Below, piece after piece: positions 45,777 to 58,700 of a DNA stretch of 64,000 nucleotides. Origin of the DNA: Tubiluchus corallicola. Taxonomy: Eukaryota > Animalia > Priapulida. The stretch spans positions 132,621 through 196,620 of the forward strand of contig JAQGDQ010000288.1 in NCBI GenBank assembly GCA_030141605.1, in the 5' to 3' direction. The translations under genes were made by a program, and so were the position numbers. The notes beneath the pieces were generated by a model. The model saw only the letters and a list, made by a program, of their open reading frames with translations, was not told the DNA's origin and searched no databases. Positions within the stretch are counted from its first letter, which is position 1; the number at the start of each line of letters is the position of its first letter.

Positions 45777-46991
45777 TTAGAATTTCTTAAGCGGCATGTC
45801 ACCATTAGATGTGACCAACACACTAGCAGTGCTAGGACCTGGTTTTGCCGGGCAGTTCCTTAATGTTGATTGTCCATGTACAGTGTGAAGAGATAGTTTC
45901 TTATCGCTCACCATTAAACTGTCGTCATAGACAAATCTGGTAGATGGTTCCTGACCACTGTTTCCAGTACCTTTGTTGAACCAACTTTTAACATTCAACA
46001 TCTTTTTCAAGCTTTCCCTGAAATCCTTGTTCTTCCAGAAGTAAAAAATTGGATTGAGCAGCGAATTTACTGCTAAGCCGATAAACCTCAGCTGTTGGAG
46101 TCGGTACTTGATGGGATCAAATTCGTTTAGATCATCTACAATGAAGAAAATATAGAATTTCAACATAACGTGTGGAAGTAGACAAATGATCGTACTACCC
46201 AACACCATTAGAGCTAAACGGGTGGTCTTCATCTGAGCTACTAAGAATCCCCTTTTTCGAGGTGCCTGCTGCTCTACTGGTTGATTCATTGATAAAATCT
46301 TTCTGGTTCTCTGTCTGTAAGCTGCCAAAATTCTGACATATGCAAGTGTCATCCACAGGATTACAAGAAAGAACTGAACTAAGTACAAATACTGATACCA
46401 AACAGGAGTGAAGAGGCTTAGCTGACATGTCTTAGTCACATCTTTGTGAATGTTGAGAACAGTTAGAACTGCTCCAAATATACCATAACCTGTTCCATAG
46501 AACCAAGAGATCATAACGAGTCTTTTGGCCATTGCAACAGACATTTCACTTTTGTATTGAAGTGGCCGCGTTATGGCCAAATACCTATCAGCGGTCACCA
46601 AAGCAAGTGTTGCCAATGTGGCCATCGCAAGACCTTGAAATAGGCCAACAGCGAATATACATGAAGCTTCGGTGTAGGCTTCCTGATTACCAGAATACGC
46701 TTGCAATCCAGTCATAGTTACGAACGAGATCATGCCAAAACCTAAGTCCACCAAAGCCAGGCTTGCCAAAAAAGTATTTGTTGGCGTCTTCAGCCTTTTG
46801 AACTTTAGGACTGCACTTAAGACAAACGCATTGAGAACGATGGTAACAACTGACACTAATATTAAAAGTATTCTAATTAATACGTTTGCTTGTGATGGCA
46901 CGGTAATTGTTGAGTTGCTGGACGTGTTAGCAGTAAAATTCAGACGAAACACCTCCGATAGTTTACCATTACGTAATAGATCATCAGCCAT
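45777..46991 (-). CDS. Class A orphan GPCR, intronless CDS, 404 aa; paralogue of the 39021 gene
   Basis: LNAFVL, SLALVD, C...ADRYLAITRPLQYK, QMKTT, CLLP, NSLLNPIFY, WKNKDFR; N-terminal sequons NFT, NTS, NST. Confidence 0.95.
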   Translation of the reverse strand: MADDLLRNGKLSEVFRLNFTANTSSNSTITVPSQANVLIRILLILVSVVTIVLNAFVLSAVLKFKRLKTPTNTFLASLALVDLGFGMISFVTMTGLQAYSGNQEAYTEASCIFAVGLFQGLAMATLATLALVTADRYLAITRPLQYKSEMSVAMAKRLVMISWFYGTGYGIFGAVLTVLNIHKDVTKTCQLSLFTPVWYQYLYLVQFFLVILWMTLAYVRILAAYRQRTRKILSMNQPVEQQAPRKRGFLVAQMKTTRLALMVLGSTIICLLPHVMLKFYIFFIVDDLNEFDPIKYRLQQLRFIGLAVNSLLNPIFYFWKNKDFRESLKKMLNVKSWFNKGTGNSGQEPSTRFVYDDSLMVSDKKLSLHTVHGQSTLRNCPAKPGPSTASVLVTSNGDMPLKKF

Positions 46992-49138
46992 TTTGGCTCG
47001 GTTCTGATTGTTGTCGTTCTCTGCCTAACGTTTCTATTTCGTCAAAAAACGTAAACAATCACATAGTTTGAGTCTTTTTTCAGCTTAAAAAATTAGGAGA
47101 GAGTTTGAGATTTTCAGGCCTAAGCAAAGAAAGGCCCTGCTCATTATTCCTAGAATCTCATTATAAATAGTCATCTGCATCGTCTGTTTCGGGTAGTTGA
47201 TTTCTGAGAAGAGATATGTATATGAAGCAAGTAAAGAACCTGATGACACCTATGTAATAACGAATCACATAAATGATACTATGTTTCTCTTTTCGCGATA
47301 GCATCTGCGTTGTATCGTATCATGTGGTCGATATGACTGTTGCCGCTTTCATTGTTCTCGTTATTATGTCGATGAATGTAATTTCATCTGTCAAGACATC
47401 ATCCCGGCTTCTTTGATCTAAGTGAGCACAATGAGGTGTAACTAGTCACTTCCTGAAATTAATGAGGAAGCAGTTATTGAATAGAATGATCCAACACCAC
47501 TTGCTGATCAGTTGGATAATACCACACCTTGCTCAGGCTTGGTACTACGTGTATTCGTTCATTGAACCACCATTACATACGTACAAACAAATAAACAAGA
47601 CAGATTTAATCTACAATGAAAGAAACGTTTACTAGACATAAAATCCGTTTACCAGGAAATATTGTCACTCTAATGTAGAGAACAAATAACCTTTAATTCA
47701 CATAAACAATAAAAACAGCAATCACGTAATATTACATAATCAAACAATATTACATAAAAAAGTATTGACAAATCTTTACACAATTGCATCTAGATTTTAT
47801 ACAGACAATAATTGATTCCTAGTCTGAAAGGCTGATTCCACAAGAACTACAATAATCTTGCATAGGTCGATATCTTGACTACATATTATAAAGACAAATT
47901 TATCATTATCATTTTGTATGGCAGAAAACGCATGGAACATTTTTTTAATATTATTAAAAAGTGTTAGCTAATAATACATTTTATATACAGGTGACATTCA
48001 TTATGTTGAATCCGTCATTGATCAGCAAGGCCTACTTAATGTCGAATTGTCAATGACAACCCTTTAAAATGAGTCAGTGAGTCTGAGCCAATGGAGATGT
48101 CTTAATACAAATGTCTGCATGACGAGATTTTACGGTTTAAAGGACAAGAAAAGGGGCGCCTAAAGTAGGTCTCTGAAAAATCGCCTTAAAAATTATATTA
48201 CTTAAAGAGCAATTTTATGGATATACGTAGTACTGGCGTTGTCAGGATTTTTGTTTGTTTTCATTTTAAATCTCCCACAATACTGTTTCGACCGCGCTAT
48301 TACATGACGTCATATACAACAAACTAAATCGGGAAAGAAAAGGAAATCTTAGGTTATGTCCCAACAAACTTTCCATCTACAGTCATATTACTTAGCATTT
48401 CACTTACCTGCTTGAAAGACTTGTGTAATTAGAAAAGAACGTCATTAATTATTTAAAATGTTTTCAGCAATTGCAAGAATGTCGTTGACTCACTTCCAGG
48501 GTGCACCACTCACTAACCAAAAGCGTATTTTTAATTTAATTGACAAGATACAGTAATTTAAAATTTTGGTTAGTGACGTGTGCACTACGAATGCTCTGAT
48601 TATTTTTTCAAATTTTACTTAGTGTTATCTAAGCTTGTTTCAAATGATTTCGTTTAAGGGTCATCGCGGGAGTTTAAATTTACATGTTTTATACAGCGTT
48701 ACTGCCGACGATAACCCTATATGCAAAAAGGCAGTATGTAAGTGGTATAAAATTTTGAGACGAATTTTTAAGCTTTATGTAAGTGGAGGGTTTTCGTGAG
48801 CTTTAAGCTTGTCAATCTTTGCAATCTTTATAATAAAAAAGCTTAGAACCATAAATTTAATTCGCAAGTTCAAGGCTTGCCGGCAATAAACTCGTGGGCG
48901 TTTTCAGTTTTTTAACTAACCAGACCGAAGACTAGAGCGTTAAGAATAACGGTGATGAATGAGCCAATGAAAACTGTGGGACAGCTCTGTGATGACTGGT
49001 GAGATTAGCTTAAGCTAGGAAACTGTCAGCCTCAATTTAAACTGGACTTTAAGATAAAACAAATATAATCCTAAAGGTTTCACTATCACGAAAACTGGAA
49101 TTACTGAAGACATTACTGTTGCCAGACTCTTTTACAAC

Positions 49139-49530
49139 TTCTTTTTCTTCAAGGTCTCATTTCATCTACTGTAGACATTGAGGCATTTAGATTTATTAGA
49201 GTATTTCGCCCACTCCTATGTGCAGCTAAACGCGCAATTTCTTCTATTTCTAAAAAACTTAAAAAGATAGATTTGGTTGAAGTTGTTGAGCTAAACGCGC
49301 TATTTCTTCTATTTCTAAAAAACTTAAAAAGATAGATTTGGTTGAAGTTGTTGAACATATTTAGCCATCTAAGTTGTTTTTGGTTTGCCAGCTGGTTTTT
49401 TACAAGGTTTGAAGATTTCCTTCAAAGACTTGGTAATCTTAGGTGTCCTAGCCATTTTAATCTTTGAATCTTGACTTTGAACTCCAGGGAATTTCTTTCG
49501 TTCTAGTATTCCTCAAGTATAGGTTTCGTT
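49139..49530 (-). mobile_element. RTE-like LINE 3' fragment (end of ORF2 plus A/G-rich tail), decayed
   Basis: Minus strand encodes PWS..KVKIQRLKWLGHLRLP...KKPAGKPKTT*, with frameshifts; ends cctcaatgtctacagtagatg...gaagaaaaagaag; homologous to 53825-54111. Confidence 0.7.
49225..49354. repeat. Tandem duplication, 2 x 65 bp, one mismatch
   Basis: gctaaacgcgc(a/t)atttcttctatttctaaaaaacttaaaaagatagatttggttgaagttgttga at 49225-49289 and 49290-49354. Confidence 0.95.
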
Positions 49531-50229
49531 ATAGTATATATTTTATAACTGTTCATTTAAAAAACGTGAAAAATGTGCCACATTTAGAAACTAAAACAAA
49601 TGAGACGTATAGAGAGCTTTACTAACTGACTTCTTTTTTCTTTCTTCAGTGTTTTTCAAAACGACCGCTTTGTCTCTATAACTTCAACTGATTTGCTTCG
49701 ATGGTATTAGATTTAAAACAATGTCAGCATTCAAGCATGTTCACTTACACAAAAACATCTCAAGTTTCGTATAAAACTAACTTTCTCGGCTTCGACAGCA
49801 TGCTTATTTAATATTTACATGAAATAATACCTACGTCTATAATCGCGTTCACACTTCCAGTTATTAAATTTTGATCAACAACTGTGGCTTCTACACACTG
49901 CCCAGGTAACGCGATGCACACCTGAGGCTTCTTCCTGATAACTGATTTTCCACCTGTCAGAAGCGACATATCAAACAAAAGTCGTGCGTTTTATTCAATA
50001 AAGATAACTGGGCAAGATACGTCGCTGCAAATTAGTGAACAATAGGTAGAAGCATAAAGGATTGTAAGAGATACACGGATTTTCAATATGTCTGATGATT
50101 TTATTTCAACATGTCGGGAAAATTAGAAGCAGCCTTCATTTCATCCTTAGACAAATGCTGTTATATGATGAACTGCAACACTCTTTCTTGATTAGCGAGT
50201 TGCCATGGATCAATAAAAACAAACTTTCA

Positions 50230-50592
50230 CTCAAAATTAAAAGAAAACTGGACTCAATTTTAAGCTATAGCTCAAAACAATCTATTCTATAAAAAGTTGA
50301 AAGGGAACGTACTATTTCTTCAAGAATGACTTACGTAAAAAATTATTACTTCAGAATAGTAATTTCGCATTAGTTGGGCACTAGCGTCAGCATCTCGGAA
50401 ATGCGCTGCACAGCAAACAGATAACTTATCTAGTGACTTACTTCTCAGTTCAGAGGCGTTCACTTGTGATGTAGAGGACATGTTCGACAGATCGCGCGTG
50501 AGCAGAGTGATAGACATGAAATTCGAATTTTAAATTTAAATTTGCCGAGTTTTTGTATATCACATTGAATGTTGTACAGTAGCACTGTAGCT
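50230..50592 (+). mobile_element. Dispersed repeat, copy B (same family as 13215-13540)
   Basis: Same colinear conserved blocks as copy A. Confidence 0.8.
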
Positions 50593-52689
50593 TAATTTTC
50601 GCTTTCGCAAACACGTGCAACACACTGTTGTGTGTTTGTGCTGTTGAGAATTATGTTCAGTTATGACGTAAACACATATTGGGTTCGCCCGCCGTTAATT
50701 AAGTTTTTGACCTATTATTTATTTATCAGAAACGCTTCAGCGTTATATAGGTCTTAAAATATACACCCTTTACCGCACTTTAAAATGGGGTAGGACATAA
50801 AAAATCATCCTGTCTTGCTCTAATTGGAAGTTGAGCAAAGCTGGAACAAATCACATAGTTTGAATTTTTGGGACTAGCTTGGTATTTTTTTATGCTTTTT
50901 TGCGTTTTTTTTGTTATTAATTATTATCGTGAATCGACTGATTATTTTGTTTTGTAAATCCAATGGTTCTCACATGAAACACCCCAAAATTTAGAAAAAC
51001 TTTGGCTGTTAATTACTGATCAATTACGAATCGAATTTTGACCACTGCAAATACAAAATTATTAGTACACACCTTTGGCGCACGGTGCGAACTACTTTTG
51101 AAATTACATGAAACACAAAGTTTTGTTCATAATAATTTTGTCGATTGATTTTATCATTACGGTTGCTAATCTTTTAATGTGAACTTGGTGGCCTGCTTTC
51201 CGGGATTCAGCCAATTCAAAAAAACTTCCAAAAAACTGACTTGAGACGCTGCTGTTTGTGCTACGAACTGTCTTGTGACATCCTTCAGGTTCGTTGTAGA
51301 TAGCTTCAGTGTTCAAACTGTAAGTTAGATTATCTCATTGCCAAGATTTTACTTGCCTCTAACATGGGACAGACCAGGAGGGAGGAAGGAAGGAAGTGTC
51401 TTAGCCAAGTTAGGAGACGCATAGATCTTTTCATCAACAAGGTAAACTCATAACGGCGCGAAAAGAAAACCTTTTTATATTGTCATAAATCCTAGAATTT
51501 TTATCCGATTTGTAAAATTTAGCAGCCTAAATTAGAAACATTTTAGTAGTTACCCACTAATTTTTGCTAAAAAGTCCAAGAAATAAACAGTCTGTACTTG
51601 ATACAATGGTGTTGTATTCAAGCTTACAAAAATGAAAAAAACTAGATATAAGTCTTTACTGTATCGATAAGGTACGATTGTATTATCAATAAAGCTATGA
51701 TTTAGGCCCCAACCGAGAAAAGTAAATGAAGTGTCAGGAAAATGTATTGAACACATTTTCCGTTTTATAACAGGATACGTTATATTTTTGTTTCCTTAGA
51801 AATTTTAACTTTTTTATTTAAACCACTTAAAAATGAATCTCCAAGTTTGCAGTTTCTTATTTAAAACTTAGTATTACTCTTATCATATGTATCTATTTTG
51901 ATGGCATAAATAAAAAGTTTTATTCCAATGTGAAGAGAAATAAATTATTAATGAATTGCTGAAAGGACTTTTCTATTTGTCTATCTGTTATGTATAGCAG
52001 CATAAATCATACAGCTTGCAATTTACTTAGTGGTTATCCTTCGGTTAGTCGTATAAAACGTTAATGTATTTCAAAGTTATAGCGTAATGCGTGAAGCGAC
52101 AACAAAGAGACTAAAAAGTCAAGCTATGGGATTATTTCTGTTATAAAGACTGAATTTTAGTTGAAATATCTGTCATATAATAACAATTGTTCTTAAACAT
52201 GTACACGTTTAGTAAGATTACGATTTTCTAGCAAGAACAACACAGAATCCGGGATAAGTTTGATAGCTTACTGCAGTATCAGTTGTGATGAAGATTACGC
52301 ATTCTCCCTCTAGCTCTATGTATCCCTATTGTGTCCAGGGCAGTTGATGCATTAAAGTTAGGCTTGTCATTAAAAACAAAAGGAGTTAAGACTGTAATCT
52401 ATGGACAAAAATAACCGCCATTGCGTTGCATTAAAGTACCTTATGCAGTAATGCATAAGCATTTCTTATAATCAGAAGCAAGTAAGCGCCACGGAAATGA
52501 TAATTCACTTATTTCTGGTCAACAAACTATTAATAACAGGAAAATATATGTGACAGAATGCTTCAGCGAAGGACAATCTAAAAATCGATGATAAAGGAAA
52601 AGCTTAAATTATGTGAATCAAAACAATTGTTCAAGCTGGCATTGGTCTAACACATACTATAATTTCTATTTACTATCAATTTTACACCA

Positions 52690-53616
52690 ATGGAAAATTT
52701 AACCAGTGTTAACCAAACTACACAGAATGGCGACACTCTTGGAGATAGGTCATTCTTCAATCTAATGGCATCGCTGTTAATACTGTTAGACCTTGCCATT
52801 ATTGGTCTGAACATATTGGTGTTGATAGCAATTTACAAATATGTGGAATTACAAATAAAAATGAACTCGCTCATTGCATCACTTGCTGTCACGGATTTGC
52901 TAACTGGATTGATACTTCCGATTGAAGTTGCTGGCTTGTTACATACCAGTTATCCCGAAGTTAGACCGCTAGTGAAATGGCTGCCAGAGATGCTTTCGAA
53001 TTTTACTTGGACCGTGAGTTTATATCACCTATATCTGATATCTGCCGAGAGGTTTCTGGCTGTTGTACATCCTTATAAATATTATCTGTATGTTACAAAA
53101 AAATCGCTGACTATTACAATAACTATTGCTTGGTTTATTGCTTTTGCTGAAACAGTTTTAATATACACCGACGCAGTACTAGAACCAGAAGAAAAGGAAG
53201 TATTTTATGAAGTTCATTTGATTATGTTTTGCTATGTACCGACAGTACTGATGGCACTAATGTACACAATGATATGGAAAACGGCAAGGAAGCACTTTTT
53301 GCGCACAAATGCTCAATCTGGAGAGAGGAATTCAGCCGTGACGGAAATGAAAGCGACGAAAACAGTGGGGATGGTCACAGTCATGTTCTTTGTCTGCTGG
53401 GGCCCACTTTTCATCTGGCCACTTGTAGCAAGTACTCCTGACGTTTGCAACTTGGATTCGACTGTGTTTGCGTGTTTACCGCGCGAAACTTTGCTTTTGT
53501 TATGGCTTGGCAACGCAAACAGTGCCATCAACCCACTGATATACGCAGCCTCGAGTAACGCATTTAGAAAAGCATTTAAGAAACTTTGCAGAAATAGTTT
53601 TCAGGCTTTGGATTAG
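52690..53616 (+). CDS. Class A orphan GPCR, intronless CDS, 308 aa
   Basis: GLNILV, SLAVTD, ERFLAVVHP, KATKT, CWGP, NSAINPLIY, helix 8 FRKAFKKL; sequons NLT and NQT. Confidence 0.95.
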   Translation: MENLTSVNQTTQNGDTLGDRSFFNLMASLLILLDLAIIGLNILVLIAIYKYVELQIKMNSLIASLAVTDLLTGLILPIEVAGLLHTSYPEVRPLVKWLPEMLSNFTWTVSLYHLYLISAERFLAVVHPYKYYLYVTKKSLTITITIAWFIAFAETVLIYTDAVLEPEEKEVFYEVHLIMFCYVPTVLMALMYTMIWKTARKHFLRTNAQSGERNSAVTEMKATKTVGMVTVMFFVCWGPLFIWPLVASTPDVCNLDSTVFACLPRETLLLLWLGNANSAINPLIYAASSNAFRKAFKKLCRNSFQALD

Positions 53617-53824
53617 TTTCTAGTTAACGATTGCGCTACACAAGACATTCACAGTGGCTAAACGTGTTATAATTATGATTTTTCCACTGTAATATCTTTT
53701 CGCGTTATATTATTACTGATCTTATTCCACTTTTCAAACTTCTCATCGAGTCATGCTTCAGCATCGCTTGTATTGAACACAACTGTTTAACATTTTTGAG
53801 CTTTTATAAATGATAGAAAGTACT

Positions 53825-54111
53825 AAAATCATAACCAGAAGACTAGGATGGGTATGACATTTAATTAGATTGCCAGAAACAACACCAGTAAGATTAACAT
53901 TAAATGAGGAACTGAAGCTTTGAAAACGACTTCCAAGTAAACCAAAGACAACTTGGATGTTAAGATTTAATAAAGATTTGCAAGTGCTGAGACCAAACCT
54001 AACAATAGCATCGCAAGAGTTGAGCTGCAGACAGGAAACAGTGCGGTGCTCTAGTAAAGGATAGAGGCTCAATGTCTACAGTAGATGTTTAGAGCAACAG
54101 AAAAAGAAAGA
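53825..54111 (+). mobile_element. RTE-like LINE 3' fragment, decayed
   Basis: Translates IITRRLGWV*HLIRLPETTPVRLTLNEELKL*KRLPSKPKTTWMLRFNKDL, resembling the RTE ORF2 C-terminal pattern RRL.W.GH..R...GRP..TW...KDL; ends ctcaatgtctacagtagatg...agaaaaagaaag. Confidence 0.72.
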
Positions 54112-55731
54112 GCTTGTACTATGTAACGAAGTAACAATGTAGTGTGTTGTGTGGAATAAATGAAACATTGAATCTTGAAATCTTGAATATTAAGTGAAAC
54201 GACTTTAAGGTAATTGAATTCAAATATTAACTTTTACGGGTAGCACACAATAGTGCCTGAAACAGTTGCTGGGGTTCATATTCATCGGTACAACTAACTC
54301 GCTGTAAAAATACATTGTCAACTGGATTAAAGTAAGCATCAACTAATACGCGAATATTATTACAACCAAAAAAGAGCTTGGGATAACGTGTTTTCTTAAA
54401 AATAAAGAAGCAGTTAATCACAACCACTACCATGTTTAACTTTATGATCACTACTCTCTTCACCAGGTTACACAAAATACCATATTAATATTAAAATTAT
54501 TATATTATATTATTACATATATTAAAATTATATAAATTTGTTACTTGTTTGTTTTTTTTATTCTATAGCTCTGTTTTGCACTTTTGTATTTTCTTGTTGT
54601 TTTGTTGTATGTATGTCGTTGTACTACAATGCGTATGCCAATAATAAATTCTATTAAGAATATTATGTAACTTGATAAAAGGAGTGAATACTAATAAATG
54701 TTGTTGTGATTAACTTCCTCTTTATTTTTGTTTGATTATGTTTGCAGATAGGCTTGTAAAATATTCATTTGCAGCAGTAGTTAGGGTAGATTTTGGGTGA
54801 CTAGTTACTCAGTACGGTTGGTTTAAGGTGATCTGGAGTTGCTAGTGTTTTTTTACATATCATCAGGAAAGGTATTATTCTGGATCGTTAGGTCTCTGTT
54901 TATGGTTTTTGCGCAAAGTGTAAAATTACATATCCTGGGTCTAGTACTGTGGCATAGCTAATAGTGGAGCAAGGGGAGTAACCGCTCCTTCAAGCACATT
55001 TTCAAAGCGCAAGCACCTTTCAGCAATTTTTTTAACTCTTTAATTCACCTGTGCATCGTGTGGGCTTCATCACATTATACCTTTATTACCTCCAAAAATT
55101 CCAAATTTTTACCTCCATTCATAAAAAAACTACAATTTTCTACTACCATTTTATCTAACAGAAAATACAAGTTACCTTCTAATTACATAAATTACTATTC
55201 TTAATGTAAAACATAGTTCTTTTTTGGTGGAAAAACTGGTTCTAAATCAATCATGTCAATTTGAATCATAATTAACAGAAGAACAAAAAGTAAACTAAAA
55301 CTAGGTATTGAATTTTACTGTCACATTTCATTCTTGTGTTGTAATTTTAACACATTAAAACTATAATTTATAGTCATCAATAATATATGAACATAGGGTT
55401 CTTCTTTTGTGGGCAACAACGTATAAATATGTATATATTAAAACTGGGTTCCTTCATGGACCCTATTCCGTAACCGAAAAAATGTAAACTTGGTATCCGA
55501 TTCTGTGATTCAAGAGCTATTAAAAAGGTTTGCATATTTGAGCTTAATTAAACAAAAATGTGGAAAGTATTAAAATGGTCGAGAAATTTGTTTCTAATCT
55601 ATGTGTGTACATACACAACTTTTTAATTTTCATGTAGTAAAATTTTTGAAATTTTGAATGTATATAGTAAGTAATTTGCCTGCTTAATTAGCCTTTATTT
55701 ATTAATTGACATTAATACTATACAACACACA

Positions 55732-58700
55732 TCACAAATTTTTGAATGCATTTCGAATGTTCTTTATCGTCTTACGAAGCTTTGCAAAGGTACCAGTTGC
55801 TCCGGGAAGATTTTCGTGGGGTAGATGCTCGTTAATCCCCTCAGCCCATTTGCCTGCATCTGGTAAACTAAAAATAATAAAAACAGAAATAAAATATCAA
55901 GAAAAAGGATTAAAGCAATGTGATCATACAATGGACAACGTTCATGAGACCTTTCTTCCAAACTTTTTGTTCACATCATACAGTCTTTGCCCATAAATAA
56001 AAATGACATAGGATTTTTTATTTTCTGAATCTGCAGTTAATCTGAAACACTTTTAAGATGACAGATAAACAAACACAATTTTAGAATAACACTCAATACC
56101 AGAACCTGGCCAAGAAAATCAGTAAGCCATCTCCTACACTCAAGAATCAGCATAACAGTTCTTTGAAAAAAAACAATGCTTACCAACTGACAGAATGCTG
56201 AATATGGGGTGTTCCTAGTTCCATAGACAGAGACTTCAGTGAGGTAGTATCATCCATAGACAAAGCATTTACTGATGTGACGTCATTTACATCTTCGGCA
56301 AAACTAGCACCTTCGGCAGCCTCTTCATCATTATCAACATCACTTATCGTGCTCAAAACCACCCAACCTGGTCCTCCCTCTTTAACACCATTTTCTTTCC
56401 TCCCTTCATCTGTGACATCTGGTAAATCACTGTCTTGTGATTCAGAAGCATCTTTCAGTTCCGCAAGTAGTCTAGCCCGCTTCTTTTCCAAGTCCTTCAA
56501 GTCAAGTCCTCCGGGACTATTCGGAACAGAACTTTGTGGGCTTTCTGGAAGAGATTTTGGAAGTGGAGGAGGAATATCAGGTGGAGGAAGAGGCGGAATA
56601 AAACTGTCATTGTCGGTGAACCAACCCCGACTGGCAGAAGGTGCCACACCTAAAACACGTGAACAGAATGAATATGAATACAAATGATACTAAATACTAG
56701 AAATGATGAATGTCAAAGGTGGTTTCTATAACCCCAAGTTTTACTGCATAATAACTACAAGAAAAGTAATGATCATATAGTCTCACCTGATCCATCTAGG
56801 TCCATGTCGTCATCATATACAGAAGAATCTCCAGTTCTTTGGCGCTTGGCATGTGAAGCAGCAAAACTTCGCTTTCTCTTTAACGGACGTTTCTTCTACA
56901 AAATGTAAATGAGATACATGTGTAGCAACTACACAAGAATTTAAAGCCATACTACTGAAAGAACTGGTTTTAATGTAAAAAGTTATGATGAAAAACTCAA
57001 ACTTTAGAAACATCACTCTGATATTTTAACTAATAGAAAATACTGCAGTAAGCAAGAGATATTTCACATATGTCTATTAAATATGCGCTCATCTGGCTCT
57101 GCTTTACCAATGAAATACTTTCAAGAGAATTTCATTGGTTTGCCTTTGCTAAGAGATCTTTAATTGCACCATATCCATTCACATAACCAATTTCACAGTA
57201 CATGTACTTACAGCACACTTCTTTCAGGTAACAAAACAGTAGTTTAACAACTGACTAAAGTGGCATTTATACCTGGCATCCAGCATGTGCCATACGTTAT
57301 TCACATGCTGAATAGCTGCTTATAAAAAAATCAACAGCAATTAGCTGCAGAAAAAATAATGCATTAACGCAGGTCTGATAAATGGGTGCAATGAAAATAA
57401 TATAAATTGATTTTATTTATTCCGCAACCGCATAACTCACACACATTTGGGATGTCTGGTAAATGCCACTTTAAGCATTTGTTTTGCTAGAAAAAGTTGT
57501 AAGAATAACAATCAAAAGCATGAACATTGCTTTTTGCAAAGTTTTGCAGATGAAAGCATAAATAAATTTATTTTACATATCCAGCATTGTATTACTAAAT
57601 TATATAATCAACGTACCAAAGTCTTTACCAATTGAGACATAACAGATTTTTGGTGTTGCGATAGCATGGGTACAGATCCGTATTCTCTCCATTCATCCCT
57701 CACATTTTCAGGAATGGGAACGTTAAATCCTGGATACTCCACAATCCTGTCCATGTCAATACAGACATTGTCAGGATCTGACCTCTCCATTACCTCACCA
57801 TCTTCCTGATCAGTGCCCTCTATTGCTGGAAAATTACATCAAAATGTGCTCTGAAGTAGAGCTTATCTTTCACAAAAAATGGCTCCTAAAAGGTGCACTG
57901 ATATTAAATATTTAGTAGCAAACAGTCAATTTTACATCAATTTAACCAGATCTGTGTTAAATTCCATCTTGTTTCCATAGTTCAACATTCTGCAAGCTGG
58001 AACAAAGTACTCAAATGCAAAGCATCTACTTAATGCAGATTGTGGCGGTGGGACTTGTACCTAACTCTTTATCAAGGACAATCCTTACATCCGCCCGCTA
58101 CAAGGTAAACACCCAGAATCAGCAGAGTGGAAGAAACTATCCTGAGCAACTAAACAAACTTGTAATTATCTATCCATTCACTGTCCAGACTTAGCATTGC
58201 TTAAATTTTATCATCACTAAAAACACACTGTGATCACATGCCCATTTCTGTCCGAGAATTTAAAATTACATAACATAAAATAGCACATGAACACTGCTTC
58301 TTGAACAAAAAATGTATGCAGCAAAAACACACGCTGTATGAGGCTACCTGCTCCCTTAGCATCATACATGGTCAGTCCAGAACCCCGATGCTCTGCATCC
58401 TGTAACCATCCTGGAGGAAAGCCCAACCTCCGCATGTTGTAAATATACGGAGGAAGCTGATCCGCAGCAACACCCAAGGCTTCACGCAATTGCTGGCTAA
58501 TCACACCAGGTTTAATCCTACTGAAGCTGGGACCGGAGCCATTAACATCTACCTCTTGGTGATATCGCATATTAGGAGGCCTACAGATTGAGAAATTATA
58601 AACTATACAAGTGTGCCAGCAGAAAAGAGACATGAATTCTGTTAAGCATGTAAATAAAGAGACAATGGTGAACATTGCATGTCAATACAATTAAATTATA

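Noticed and set aside
39021-53616. Opsin or biogenic-amine receptor identity for the three GPCRs
   Set aside because: No retinal-binding Lys in TM7 and no conserved TM3 Asp visible; left as orphans without gene symbols.
46195-56687. Antisense ORFs over the GPCR and ZCCHC8 exons (e.g. 46732-47007, 53313-53531, 56277-56687)
   Set aside because: Shadow frames of real coding exons with no independent motifs.
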